Shown: in pieces, positions 8,816 through 17,133 of the stretch | Numbering within the stretch: position 1 is the stretch's first letter | Layout: each line of letters begins with the position of its first letter | Source of the DNA: Cereibacter sphaeroides 2.4.1 | GTDB lineage: Bacteria > Pseudomonadota > Alphaproteobacteria > Rhodobacterales > Rhodobacteraceae | Assembly: GCF_000012905.2 (NCBI RefSeq) | Contig: NC_007494.2 | Location: 870,001 to 902,000 of the forward strand | Direction: 5' to 3' | Length of the DNA stretch: 32,000 nt | Made by a program: the position numbers and the translations under genes | Notes under the pieces: model-generated | Database searches by the model: none | Seen by the model: only the letters and a program-made list of their open reading frames with translations | What the model was told of the DNA's origin: nothing

Positions 8816-9778
8816 TTGGACAGTTTGCAACGTGGGGCCGCGGGAAGAGACCTGGTGTCCTTTCAGGTCAGATCGCTTCTTCAAAGTAGTTGGCAGAATA
8901 TCGATCCTGAAAACGATAACGGTATCGACGGTATAATTTCCTTACGAGAAGGAAAAGCGTTCCTCGGAAGGTTATTGTTCGTTCAGGTGAAAAGCGGGCC
9001 ATCCTTCTTGTTGGACTACAAGCGGAAACGCGTCTCCGGATATATTGGGGTAAAAATTGGCAAAGATTATATAGCGACTCATCGACCACGCTGGGAAGCG
9101 CTGCCTGGCCCTGTAATTCTTGTCTATGTCGCTGAACCTGACAAGAAAACTTCATCTATTTTTTGGCAGAACCTGAAATCAGATGCATCCTATTCCTCAA
9201 CAAATAAGAATGTGGTTCTTATCCCGCGGCATCAGACATTCGGCAGCGAGGCCAAAGGAGCGCTGCGGCGATTAACAGGCTCTAAAGCTGATGATGCGCC
9301 ACTTAAGAATATCGACATGCGGAAGATTGAGCGACTGTCGCAAATTTCGGTCCATGACAGGAAATCCGCTCGACAATTCTACAGGGAATGGTCGCAATCG
9401 AACCTCCGGCACCATCCTGAATTGGGGGACATCGAAGTCACAAATGCGGGTTGGAGACATCTCACAAGGCGCAGTAGAAATCCCGAAAACATACAAAACT
9501 CATTCTTCCTGCTTGAGGCCGCACGCCAGATGATTATTCAGGGAGCTGACTGGAGACAGTTGGGCAGCGCTAAAACGCGTGAACGATCGCAGACAACCGA
9601 TGTTCTCGATGCCTTGTCTCTGCGAGCCAGCGTAACTTTCAAATCGCGAGCTCCCGCCACTGTGCAGGTAATTATTCGCAGAACGCGTTCCATCTGCAAA
9701 TTGACCGGGTCAGGAAGGTCTCGTCTATATTTCTACAGCGTCCATGAGCTTCGCCGGGGAAATTCTATATCCTACTGA
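8816..9778 (+). CDS. DUF4365-like (PD-(D/E)xK fold) protein with an uncharacterised C-terminal half
   Basis: The track ORF starts at TTG 8762. The in-frame TTG at 8816 has GGAGGGG 8 nt upstream and leaves the usual ~33 residues before the DUF4365 signature. That signature is DNGIDGIISL...LLFVQVKSG (D-x-GID ... VQVK). Start choice is uncertain. Confidence 0.6.
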   Translation: MDSLQRGAAGRDLVSFQVRSLLQSSWQNIDPENDNGIDGIISLREGKAFLGRLLFVQVKSGPSFLLDYKRKRVSGYIGVKIGKDYIATHRPRWEALPGPVILVYVAEPDKKTSSIFWQNLKSDASYSSTNKNVVLIPRHQTFGSEAKGALRRLTGSKADDAPLKNIDMRKIERLSQISVHDRKSARQFYREWSQSNLRHHPELGDIEVTNAGWRHLTRRSRNPENIQNSFFLLEAARQMIIQGADWRQLGSAKTRERSQTTDVLDALSLRASVTFKSRAPATVQVIIRRTRSICKLTGSGRSRLYFYSVHELRRGNSISY

Positions 9779-9887
9779 GTGCGGTGGTGGACGCAACGCC
9801 CAAGCACAACTGAGGCAACCCGAAGGGCCTCACCCCAACTTGCACGTATGCCGGCTTTGGGTTGCCGAAGACGTTGGTCCACCGACT

Positions 9888-10193
9888 TGACTGACTGCAC
9901 GAAACACTGAAAGTTTGCAATCATGGATTTCTGTCATGAGCCCCGCGCGAAGCGTCAGACCTCGTTCTGCATGGCAAGTAAGTGTTTGGCTGCACTCAAT
10001 TGACGCAAAGCCCTCAACAATCACTGAGAAATGGCTGTTCGGTTCCTTCGCTCTGGCGCGTTCAAACGGCAGCTATCGTGAAGCCGAGTGTGGCAACCGA
10101 TAACCCTCGACAGGCAGCTCAGGGCCGAGTCTGCATGCTGCGACCGAGCGCCCCAGAGGGCGGGAAGCCGACTGAGGGCGGTGCAGTCAGTCA
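9888..10193. repeat. 306-bp non-coding segment bounded by a perfect 13-nt inverted repeat (TGACTGACTGCAC / GTGCAGTCAGTCA)
   Basis: The left arm is 9888-9900 and the right arm is 10181-10193. It lies in the convergent gap between the DUF4365 gene and the RES gene. Internal ORFs (62-64 aa) show no coding character. Confidence 0.45.
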
Positions 10194-10248
10194 GTCTCCT
10201 TGCCGCGGCCGAGCCACGCCGCAGAAGCAAAATCGATGGGTTCTGACC

Positions 10249-11682
10249 CTAGAAACCTGGGTCACCGACGCGAGCATGATACTCGACAGGGATCTCGGCA
10301 ACATCGAAGTGAATCCCTGTCACCTCCGTTCTGATCAACGTCCCGGTGAAGCTTAGAGCGGGCTCGATTGGAACGACCGGATCAACAACCCAAACCTCAA
10401 GTCCGCCGATGAAGGTATCGTCAGTCTCTTGTCCGGCTTCAGCCACAGGTACAGGCTCACGATAGGAGACTGCTTGCACGGGAGGCTCCCCCTCATCGGG
10501 GTCTCCACTCCAGACGAACGCCTGAACGATGTCGCGTGGCACTTCCTCGTCAGCGCCGGCGATTTTGGCGGCATGAGGAAACAAGACCAAATTTGAGTGA
10601 TCGCCGCTCATTTGAGCCGAGCCGAAAATGATGCCGTCGACCCGATTCTCATCCCTAGTCCAGAGGTACTCCGCTACCACCTGGGTTGGAAGATATTCGA
10701 GTGCTTCGCGGCCAGGAATGACGGCGCGCTTGATCTCATTGTGGAAGCCCCGGAGGTAGCTCCGGTAGGCCTGCGCCCGCAGATAGTCAGGGTGAAAATA
10801 GCTCAGGCGGTTTCCAATCGAGCTGAGCTGCGTGAGGTCAAGAAGTCGAAGCGGCCGGGCCACTTCGAAGCGGCCGACGATCGACGAGCCTCCAACCGGA
10901 ACCCGTGTTTCAGCAACACAGGTCGCAACGTCAAAACTCCCGTAGAAAACTGGTATGCCGGTCACATTCATTCTGCCGGCGGTGCAATGCTCTGGCGGTG
11001 GCGGACCAAGCTGCCTGATAGGAGCGGCAAAGATCGCGCGCCGACTGGCATCATCGTTCGCGACCCGAGCCCGATAGACGAAACGGTTCTCATCTTGCGG
11101 TGTGATCGTGCGGATTGCTGCGCCGTAGTCCGTATTTTCGCCCCGTAGGATCGGCCCAAGAATCTCATCAAGACGCTCTTCTGCAACATCGCTGAAGAAG
11201 CGCCGACCGTGTTTCAGAGACTCGCAGAACGACTGCCAGAGGTCCCGATACCGGCGATCGTCGGGAAGGCGAATGACGTATTTGTCCTCGGTCGTATCGT
11301 AGCAGTCGTATCCACCATCATGGATGTCGAACTGATGTTGGGAACCGAGGAGGTCGAGCACGTCCTCCGCGATCTTGTCGTCGGAGGCGATCAGCATTTC
11401 ACTCAGGAGCGTGATCGCGCTATCGCCGTTGGCCTGCCAGCTCGTACGATCGTCATCCCCGATATAGGGCGTAGGCTCGGCTTCGCCGATCAGCTCCCGC
11501 CACACTTCGTCGATTCTCTGGCCTAGCCAGCGAATTGAAACGGTAGAACTATGATCCTGGTTGCAGTAGTCGCACTCGCGGACGCCGCCTTCAGCTTCGA
11601 TTTCGTCTGAGAGAACCTCGTCGCCGATGCACTCATCGCAGACGAAAGGCCCTACTTCGTCTTCCTCGTCGTCGTGACTCAT
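10249..11682 (-). CDS. RES-domain protein with a Cys-rich N-terminal module (HEPN/RES-NTD1-like)
   Basis: Start taken at ATG 11682 (MSHDDEEDEVGPFVCDEC...), which overlaps the helicase stop (ATGA). The 47 codons upstream in the track ORF lie inside the helicase gene. The N-terminus has CDEC...CDYC. The RES signature is YRAR...GRMNVTGIPVFYGSFDVATCVAETR (R, E) and VDGIIFGSAQMSGDHSNLVLFP (S). Confidence 0.8.
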   Translation of the reverse strand: MSHDDEEDEVGPFVCDECIGDEVLSDEIEAEGGVRECDYCNQDHSSTVSIRWLGQRIDEVWRELIGEAEPTPYIGDDDRTSWQANGDSAITLLSEMLIASDDKIAEDVLDLLGSQHQFDIHDGGYDCYDTTEDKYVIRLPDDRRYRDLWQSFCESLKHGRRFFSDVAEERLDEILGPILRGENTDYGAAIRTITPQDENRFVYRARVANDDASRRAIFAAPIRQLGPPPPEHCTAGRMNVTGIPVFYGSFDVATCVAETRVPVGGSSIVGRFEVARPLRLLDLTQLSSIGNRLSYFHPDYLRAQAYRSYLRGFHNEIKRAVIPGREALEYLPTQVVAEYLWTRDENRVDGIIFGSAQMSGDHSNLVLFPHAAKIAGADEEVPRDIVQAFVWSGDPDEGEPPVQAVSYREPVPVAEAGQETDDTFIGGLEVWVVDPVVPIEPALSFTGTLIRTEVTGIHFDVAEIPVEYHARVGDPGF

Positions 11683-12797
11683 CCGGGTACCCATTTGGTA
11701 GCAGCGACGCTGCAGATCTTTCCGTCGTGGACGAAGGCCACGCTGTACCGAGCGCGTGTGACGGCTACGTACATTTTCGTCAAGGATTTCTCGACATGTC
11801 TGATGTCGCCCGACGCGAGCCATTTGCGAGCCGGCCCGTGCGGGTAGATCAGGACCCGCTCAAAAGTCAGGCCCTTTGACTCCCCAAAATTCATAGCTTC
11901 GTCGAGATCACAATTGGTCGCAGCGGAATACCGGAGCACCTGTGGGGCGAACCGCTTCATGTATTCACCGACGTCTGCGCTGGAGACGAGAAACACTCCG
12001 TCGTGTCCCGTCACCTTGTCGTTTCGCGAAACGGTCTTCGGCTCATTCGGGAAAAAGCCGTCGCCCAGATCCGCAATGGTTTGGTTGCAGCGGTGTGTGT
12101 GGGTTTCGTACTCGATCTCGACGAGCCCCTGCTTCTTCCACAGCTCGAACTTCTTGATGATGGCCGGGCCAGAAAACACTTTGTTTTTCGAAGCGTTGTT
12201 CGTGGCAAAGGTGGCCTGCCGGTGGTCACCGACAAAGGTGACCGGGACGCCCGCTTTTAGTATCAACTCCAAGAGGTCGAGATCGTACCCGGCCATGTCC
12301 TGGATTTCGTCGATGATGATGTGGCGGAAGCGCTGCTTCAGTCGGCGCATGATAGCGCCACCCGATCGTCGGTCACACTCACAAACAAACTTCGCGATCT
12401 TGTCCGAATAAATCCGGGAGCCATCAAAAAAGTAGTGACCGCTGGTCCGCGCTTCGGGAATGTAGGGGACCGACTTCCCTTCAACCCAGTGGATGCCATC
12501 AACCCGACTCGCATGCATGGCTGAACGATAGGGACGGGCAAGCTCCCGCAGCAGAAACGAGTACCAAGAGATGACCTCCACATGGGAGGGAATGGTGCGT
12601 GTGCGTTCGTATGCCTTAAGCTGAATTTCGCGGACATTGTTGCGAGTATAGGTGATTAGTGCCGTTGCTCCCTGCCCTTGCTCGCACGCCAGCGCCTGGT
12701 CGACGACGCGCGTGGTCTTTCCGCCCCCGGCGGCGGATATCACGATGCGATTAACGGACAGCACGGGCGATATAGTCCGGAGGCGACCACTCCACAT
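11679..12797 (-). CDS. Minimal SF1 UvrD/PcrA/Rep-like helicase (GajB-like, 372 aa)
   Basis: Motifs present: I AAGGGKTT, II IIIDEIQD, III VGDHRQATF, V ESKGLTFERVLIY and VI YVAVTRARYSV. The ATG at 12797 lies 47 nt inside the OLD gene; an in-frame GTG at 12764 is an alternative start. The protein is short because there are no obvious 1B/2B insertions. Confidence 0.85.
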   Translation of the reverse strand: MWSGRLRTISPVLSVNRIVISAAGGGKTTRVVDQALACEQGQGATALITYTRNNVREIQLKAYERTRTIPSHVEVISWYSFLLRELARPYRSAMHASRVDGIHWVEGKSVPYIPEARTSGHYFFDGSRIYSDKIAKFVCECDRRSGGAIMRRLKQRFRHIIIDEIQDMAGYDLDLLELILKAGVPVTFVGDHRQATFATNNASKNKVFSGPAIIKKFELWKKQGLVEIEYETHTHRCNQTIADLGDGFFPNEPKTVSRNDKVTGHDGVFLVSSADVGEYMKRFAPQVLRYSAATNCDLDEAMNFGESKGLTFERVLIYPHGPARKWLASGDIRHVEKSLTKMYVAVTRARYSVAFVHDGKICSVAATKWVPG

Positions 12798-14349
12798 TTG
12801 TTTCGAAGAATTTAAGGCCGGTCTCAGCCTTGTATTTGATCATGTGCTCGATAGCGGAAGCTTCATCCGCGAAGGCCTTGCCGAGTACAGCGTTGATCGT
12901 CGCCAGGCCGTTCTTCTTCACGAGCTGGGGCTCGAGCGTGTGGGCCGTTTCGTCTTTATCGTATTGGATTTTAACGATGTCGGAGTTCAGGTACTCGGCG
13001 TATTTTTTCTCCAACGCGGCAACATCAGCATCGTTGTCGGTCACGATATCGGCTGTCTTTTTTAGGAGAACTGCGATTTCGAGGAAGCGCTTGAATGCGA
13101 GCGAATTCACGGAAATAACATCAACCCCATCCTCCAGCGGCATCTTGCCGTGCTTCATATGGTAGGCGCGTTGGACGATCAACTCGTCTGACGGCCCCTC
13201 CACGAGGATCGAACGCTTCGCGAGGATGAGCCGCAGCGTGTCGTGCCCCGGCAGCTTCATAAAATAGTTCTGTGTAGTCCTATCCTTCAGGTCGGTCAGG
13301 CGCACACCCTCGCCGCGCAGGAACAGAAGGACCGACTCCACGCCAAGCTTGTTGAGAACGAAGCTGCTGTGCGTCGTGATAAATATTTGCCGCGAGCCGG
13401 CGTTTGCCGCAATGTGGCCTATCAGCTCGTTGAGGCTGGCGTAGGAGAGGTGGTTTTCAGCTTCTTCAATCAGGATGATGTGGGATTTTGCCGATGTCTC
13501 CATCGCGAGCTTGATCTTGACCGAATTCTGCTCGCCTTTCCCGACGAGTGGCAAAGGGATGTCGTCCAGGTGAGGCATGATTCCTGCCTCCCAGTTCGCC
13601 CGAGCGGAGGTGTCGAGTGAAACCGAGATAACCTTGTCGCTGATCTTCCCCTTTTTTGCCGCGAGCGCGTCGTTGATCGCCTTGACCTTCGGCTCTTCAA
13701 GAAAGCGGTCCTTCATGAGCCGATAGGTCAGAGCGAGGTCAACCTTCTCTTTCGAGGTGAGGCTCTCCTTCACGATGTCGATTACGTAGCGGCTGGCTGC
13801 CGCGTTGTTCTTGATCGTACTGGCATCGATCAGGCTCGCGTGAAGTGGAATGACGCGCGAGTTTAGAATGTCGTTCTCGGCGAAATCCCTCCACTTGATC
13901 CAGTAGTACTCCATTGGGATCGTACGAATTTCGGACGGGTCGGAGACGTATTGAGCAAAGTCTTCTGCGTACGCAGGGTTGAGATCAATTAGGAGCGCCA
14001 CGCCGGGAAGGTCAAGGCCAAGGGTGTTGTTGTTGCCTTTGAGCTTCGTTAGAGCGGGATCGTCGGCTAGGTACACCTCGATTAGGATTGATGGCGGTGC
14101 CGGCGCACGACCCGCCTTTAGTGCTTCGATGTACTCAAGAACGAGATCGAGATTGAACAGATGAGGATGGAGTTCAATCTGGAGAGGCCGGCCATTGAGT
14201 TGACCGGTGAGCGCTAGGTGGATCGCTTCGAGGAGGGTGGATTTTCCACACTCGTTGTTTCCGACAATGACGTTCAGTTTGTCATTGAAGGTGACGTTTG
14301 CCTGCTTAAGGCAGCGGTAGTTTCTGATAACCGCGCGTTGGATGAACAA
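12751..14349 (-). CDS. OLD-family ATPase + TOPRIM nuclease (class 2 OLD / GajA-like)
   Basis: Walker A GNNECGKST, Walker B/D-loop HIILIEEAENHL and H-loop FITTHS. C-terminal TOPRIM with ILVEGPSDE and VTDNDAD. The track start 14400 is a TTG directly abutting a candidate -10 box. The in-frame TTG at 14349 has AAGGGAG 8 nt upstream and gives the family-typical N-terminus (M)FIQRAVIRNYRCL. Confidence 0.85.
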   Translation of the reverse strand: MFIQRAVIRNYRCLKQANVTFNDKLNVIVGNNECGKSTLLEAIHLALTGQLNGRPLQIELHPHLFNLDLVLEYIEALKAGRAPAPPSILIEVYLADDPALTKLKGNNNTLGLDLPGVALLIDLNPAYAEDFAQYVSDPSEIRTIPMEYYWIKWRDFAENDILNSRVIPLHASLIDASTIKNNAAASRYVIDIVKESLTSKEKVDLALTYRLMKDRFLEEPKVKAINDALAAKKGKISDKVISVSLDTSARANWEAGIMPHLDDIPLPLVGKGEQNSVKIKLAMETSAKSHIILIEEAENHLSYASLNELIGHIAANAGSRQIFITTHSSFVLNKLGVESVLLFLRGEGVRLTDLKDRTTQNYFMKLPGHDTLRLILAKRSILVEGPSDELIVQRAYHMKHGKMPLEDGVDVISVNSLAFKRFLEIAVLLKKTADIVTDNDADVAALEKKYAEYLNSDIVKIQYDKDETAHTLEPQLVKKNGLATINAVLGKAFADEASAIEHMIKYKAETGLKFFETNVEWSPPDYIARAVR

Positions 14350-14400
14350 ACTCGTGACTCCCTTCGCCGTGTACACTGCTATGAGGCACAGCTTAAGCAA

Positions 14401-14430
14401 AGTCTACAAGGGCGGGTGCGGCTCAATCAA
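14401..14430 (-). promoter_or_regulatory. Candidate sigma70-type promoter of the OLD-UvrD-RES operon
   Basis: The minus strand reads TTGATT (14430-14425), an 18-nt spacer, then TAGACT (14406-14401). Each hexamer matches consensus at 4 of 6 positions. This is pattern match only. Confidence 0.3.
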
Positions 14431-14726
14431 GTCTAGCCGACCAGAAGAAGCTGGATAGTGAATTCTTGGGTCGGTCGACCTTCGACCGGGTCCATCCGTG
14501 GCTGAAGCGGCCAGACTCAATGCCGTGTTTCAAATCGCAGGTAGCTTGACGGAGGCGAAGAGCAGTAAGCCTGACAGCATCTGCGATCGTGTTCAGGTGC
14601 TTTGCTGCGGCACCGCCTGAACGGCGGCTTCGGAAAGTGCTGCCACGCAGCATGAAACGACCCCGACCGGCGGCTATGGGCCGGGTGCGCTATCTTGCCG
14701 CGCTCGGCCACCTAGCAGCGGAAGTC

Positions 14727-14800
14727 CGGTTCCTGCGCATCGCCGCCCTCCGAGCGCAGGGCGGCGAAAGACCGCAGACAGCCCCTAGCTGCCGGTCGTA
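14727..14800 (+). repeat. Cassette-boundary repeat, copy B
   Basis: 14740-14784 TCGCCGCCCTCCGAGCGCAGGGCGGCGAAAGACCGCAGACAGCCC matches copy A at 38 of 45 positions. It contains a perfect 8-bp hairpin GCCGCCCT-N8-AGGGCGGC (14742-14765). It lies about 150 nt downstream of the restriction endonuclease gene end. Confidence 0.7.
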
Positions 14801-14951
14801 CGGGACGCGTCAAGACGCTAGGCGCCTTCGCAGAGTGCGGAAAGCGGTATAAGAGGTTGCGGCATCGCAGCCGCAGGCGGGACGTGCGTTTGTGGCACAA
14901 GGCAGCCAGCCTCGTTGTCTATTTGTTGCGCTTGGGGCGACGACAATCTTG

Positions 14952-15809
14952 TCAGGACAAACGATAGATGCCCAAGTCCGAGCCGGTGATCTCGCGTGCC
15001 GGAACGAGTCGATAGTGTTTCTCCTGCACGATCGAGACGTCATGTTCGTCGAAGTAGAGCTCGAACATGGCGATGACGTCGTCGCCCATGAATTGAGCAG
15101 ATACAGTCCGGGCCACGCAATGCCGGTATCGTTCGGCAGTTCGGCAGAAGATCGTGTCCTGAATTGTCTGAATCACGCCGAGCCGGTCGCTGCCACCCTT
15201 GGCCTGGACGGGGACGATGAACTGAGCGCCCTTGGAATCCAGGCCGACGTAGAGCTCGTCGATTTCGATCTGCCCGTAGTTCGGGATCTTCGTCCGAAGA
15301 TGGTTTTGCAGACTGTAGGCCGTGATACCCAGGAATATGTCGATGAGCCGGTTGTAGCGCACCTTCGCGAGCAACGCTTGCTCGTCGCCGAGCGCATACT
15401 GAGCGATGATCTCGGGGGTCGCGTCGGGGATTTTCCTGACGAGCAGTCCGGGTGTCGGCTCGATGTAGCAGAGCTTGCTGAGGCGGAAACGATAGCGGGC
15501 GTCGCCGGCGCCGAGGATAAGCCAAAAGCGGCCCGTAGGCTGACAATCCAGGATCGCCTTTGGCAGGCTGCGCCTGTAGCGGAACGTGTAGATCACGTCG
15601 CCGAGATTCTTGGGGGCCTTGACGCCCGTCCTGACGGCGGCCTCGTAGATTTCCTCGCGGCCGAACTCGAACTCCTCCATGCCCGGCCGATAGAACCGTT
15701 GGAAGATGTCGACGATGATCGCCTGATAGGCGTTCAATGTCTTCGGCTCGGCGGAAGTGACGGCCGCCTGGGCTTCTGCCGAAACGTTCTCGGGTTCAGG
15801 ATCAGCCAT
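14952..15809 (-). CDS. Putative type II restriction endonuclease (specificity unknown)
   Basis: 285-aa ORF whose ATG overlaps the methyltransferase stop by 8 nt (ATGGCTGA). It has a PD-(D/E)xK-like segment IEIDELYVGLDSKGAQFIVPVQAKG. The call rests mainly on operon context with the m5C methyltransferase and Vsr. Confidence 0.55.
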   Translation of the reverse strand: MADPEPENVSAEAQAAVTSAEPKTLNAYQAIIVDIFQRFYRPGMEEFEFGREEIYEAAVRTGVKAPKNLGDVIYTFRYRRSLPKAILDCQPTGRFWLILGAGDARYRFRLSKLCYIEPTPGLLVRKIPDATPEIIAQYALGDEQALLAKVRYNRLIDIFLGITAYSLQNHLRTKIPNYGQIEIDELYVGLDSKGAQFIVPVQAKGGSDRLGVIQTIQDTIFCRTAERYRHCVARTVSAQFMGDDVIAMFELYFDEHDVSIVQEKHYRLVPAREITGSDLGIYRLS

Positions 15810-17133
15810 TTACCACACGTAATTGGACACGCGCCGCTTCGATCTCGTGCTGCTTGCGCTTCTTTGCGCCGCTCTTTCGGTCGCGCCGCGAGGACGGCGC
15901 TGCCACTCCGAAGTGCTCCGCCGCTTCCGACATCTCCATGTAGAGCAACGAGGGCTCTCCCAAATCGATTGCACGCGCAGGCCGCTCCGGGGCGACGCCC
16001 AGTGCTCGGACTATCTCGGAGGCGACCGCGCGGGCGAGGGGCGGCGGCACGGAGTTGCCGACTTGCCTTCCGCCATGCCACTTAGTGGCGTGGAGCCTGA
16101 ACCAATCGGGGAACCCGTGAAGCCGCGCCATCTCGCGCACGGTGATGCAGCGGTTGTACTCGTAGTGGATCGGCCGAGGACTGGTGAAGGCCCCCCGGGC
16201 ACCGTCAGTGCCTGCCCTCAGAGTGTTGCAAAGGCCGCCCGGTGCCAGCTTGTAGAAGCGGCTGATCGGCTCAACCGCCCCTTGCGGGGTCTCTTGGAAG
16301 CGCCGGCGAGAAATTTCCGAATGGGCCGTGCGCGCGCTGGATGTCATCCATGTCGGCGTCCAGTTCCGGGGATAGCCGTAATGCCAGGCATCGTTGTTCA
16401 GGCAGCGCAATTCGGCCGCGTAGGTAGACGGCTCGCCCATGGCAGAGGTCCGAACAGCGTCGCTCTCCACGAGCGAGGCGAACCGATCTGCATCGGGAAG
16501 GTCCTCGATCGCGTCCCGAACGGTCGGGCCGCCAGGAAGGTGAGCGAGCGGTTTTCGCGCGTCGGCTGCATTCGTCTGGGGCGGGGGGATCTCGGGAAGC
16601 GTCTCGCCTCGCTTCGCTCCGATGAGGAAAAGGCGTTGCCGATGCTGCGGCGTTCCGTAGTCCGCCGCATCGAGAACCTTCCAAGGCAAGCGAACATCGT
16701 AGCCCGCCATGCCGAATGCGGCGACGAGCTCGCTGAGGAAGGTCCGATGGGAGCCAACCGTCAGCCCCTTGACGTTCTCGAAGACGAAGGTCCGTGCATC
16801 GAGCTCCCGCACCAGGCGTACGAACTCGAGCACCAGGCTGTTGCGTGGATCCTCCAGGGCGCGGTGCCCGATCAAGGAGAAGCCTTGGCAGGGCGGCCCA
16901 CCGAAGACACAGTCGATGGGGCGGTTCCCGATGCCGGCGGATTCGCGGATCTCCTCGGCCGTGAGCCCCACGACCGACCGCGGGATTACGGCGGTGTCGG
17001 GGAAGTTGAACTTGTGCACGGCGCAGTGCACGGGATCGATCTCGACGGCAGCGGCAACGTCGAAGCCCGCCTGCTCGAAGCCGAGCGACAGGCCTCCTGC
17101 GCCGGCGAACAGGTCGATTCCAATAGGTCTCAA
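15802..17133 (-). CDS. DNA cytosine-5 methyltransferase
   Basis: Motif I IDLFAGAGGLSLG, motif IV GGPPCQGFS, motif VI FVFENVKGL and motif X GNSVPP. The TTG start at 17133 has GAGGAAG 7 nt upstream. Confidence 0.92.
   Translation of the reverse strand: MRPIGIDLFAGAGGLSLGFEQAGFDVAAAVEIDPVHCAVHKFNFPDTAVIPRSVVGLTAEEIRESAGIGNRPIDCVFGGPPCQGFSLIGHRALEDPRNSLVLEFVRLVRELDARTFVFENVKGLTVGSHRTFLSELVAAFGMAGYDVRLPWKVLDAADYGTPQHRQRLFLIGAKRGETLPEIPPPQTNAADARKPLAHLPGGPTVRDAIEDLPDADRFASLVESDAVRTSAMGEPSTYAAELRCLNNDAWHYGYPRNWTPTWMTSSARTAHSEISRRRFQETPQGAVEPISRFYKLAPGGLCNTLRAGTDGARGAFTSPRPIHYEYNRCITVREMARLHGFPDWFRLHATKWHGGRQVGNSVPPPLARAVASEIVRALGVAPERPARAIDLGEPSLLYMEMSEAAEHFGVAAPSSRRDRKSGAKKRKQHEIEAARVQLRVVNG

Noticed and set aside
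10597-12411. Plus-strand ORFs inside the RES and helicase genes (10597..11148, 11209..11526, 11914..12411)
   Set aside because: They are antisense to genes with strong RES and SF1 motifs, and nothing supports independent coding.
5741-14800. Interpreting the three boundary repeats as integron attC sites (a cassette array)
   Set aside because: I could not find R''/R' core sites (RYYYAAC / GTTRRRY) in either orientation. No intI gene or attI is in view. Gene orientations within the cassettes are mixed. The repeats are reported instead as an unexplained att-like or REP-like family.
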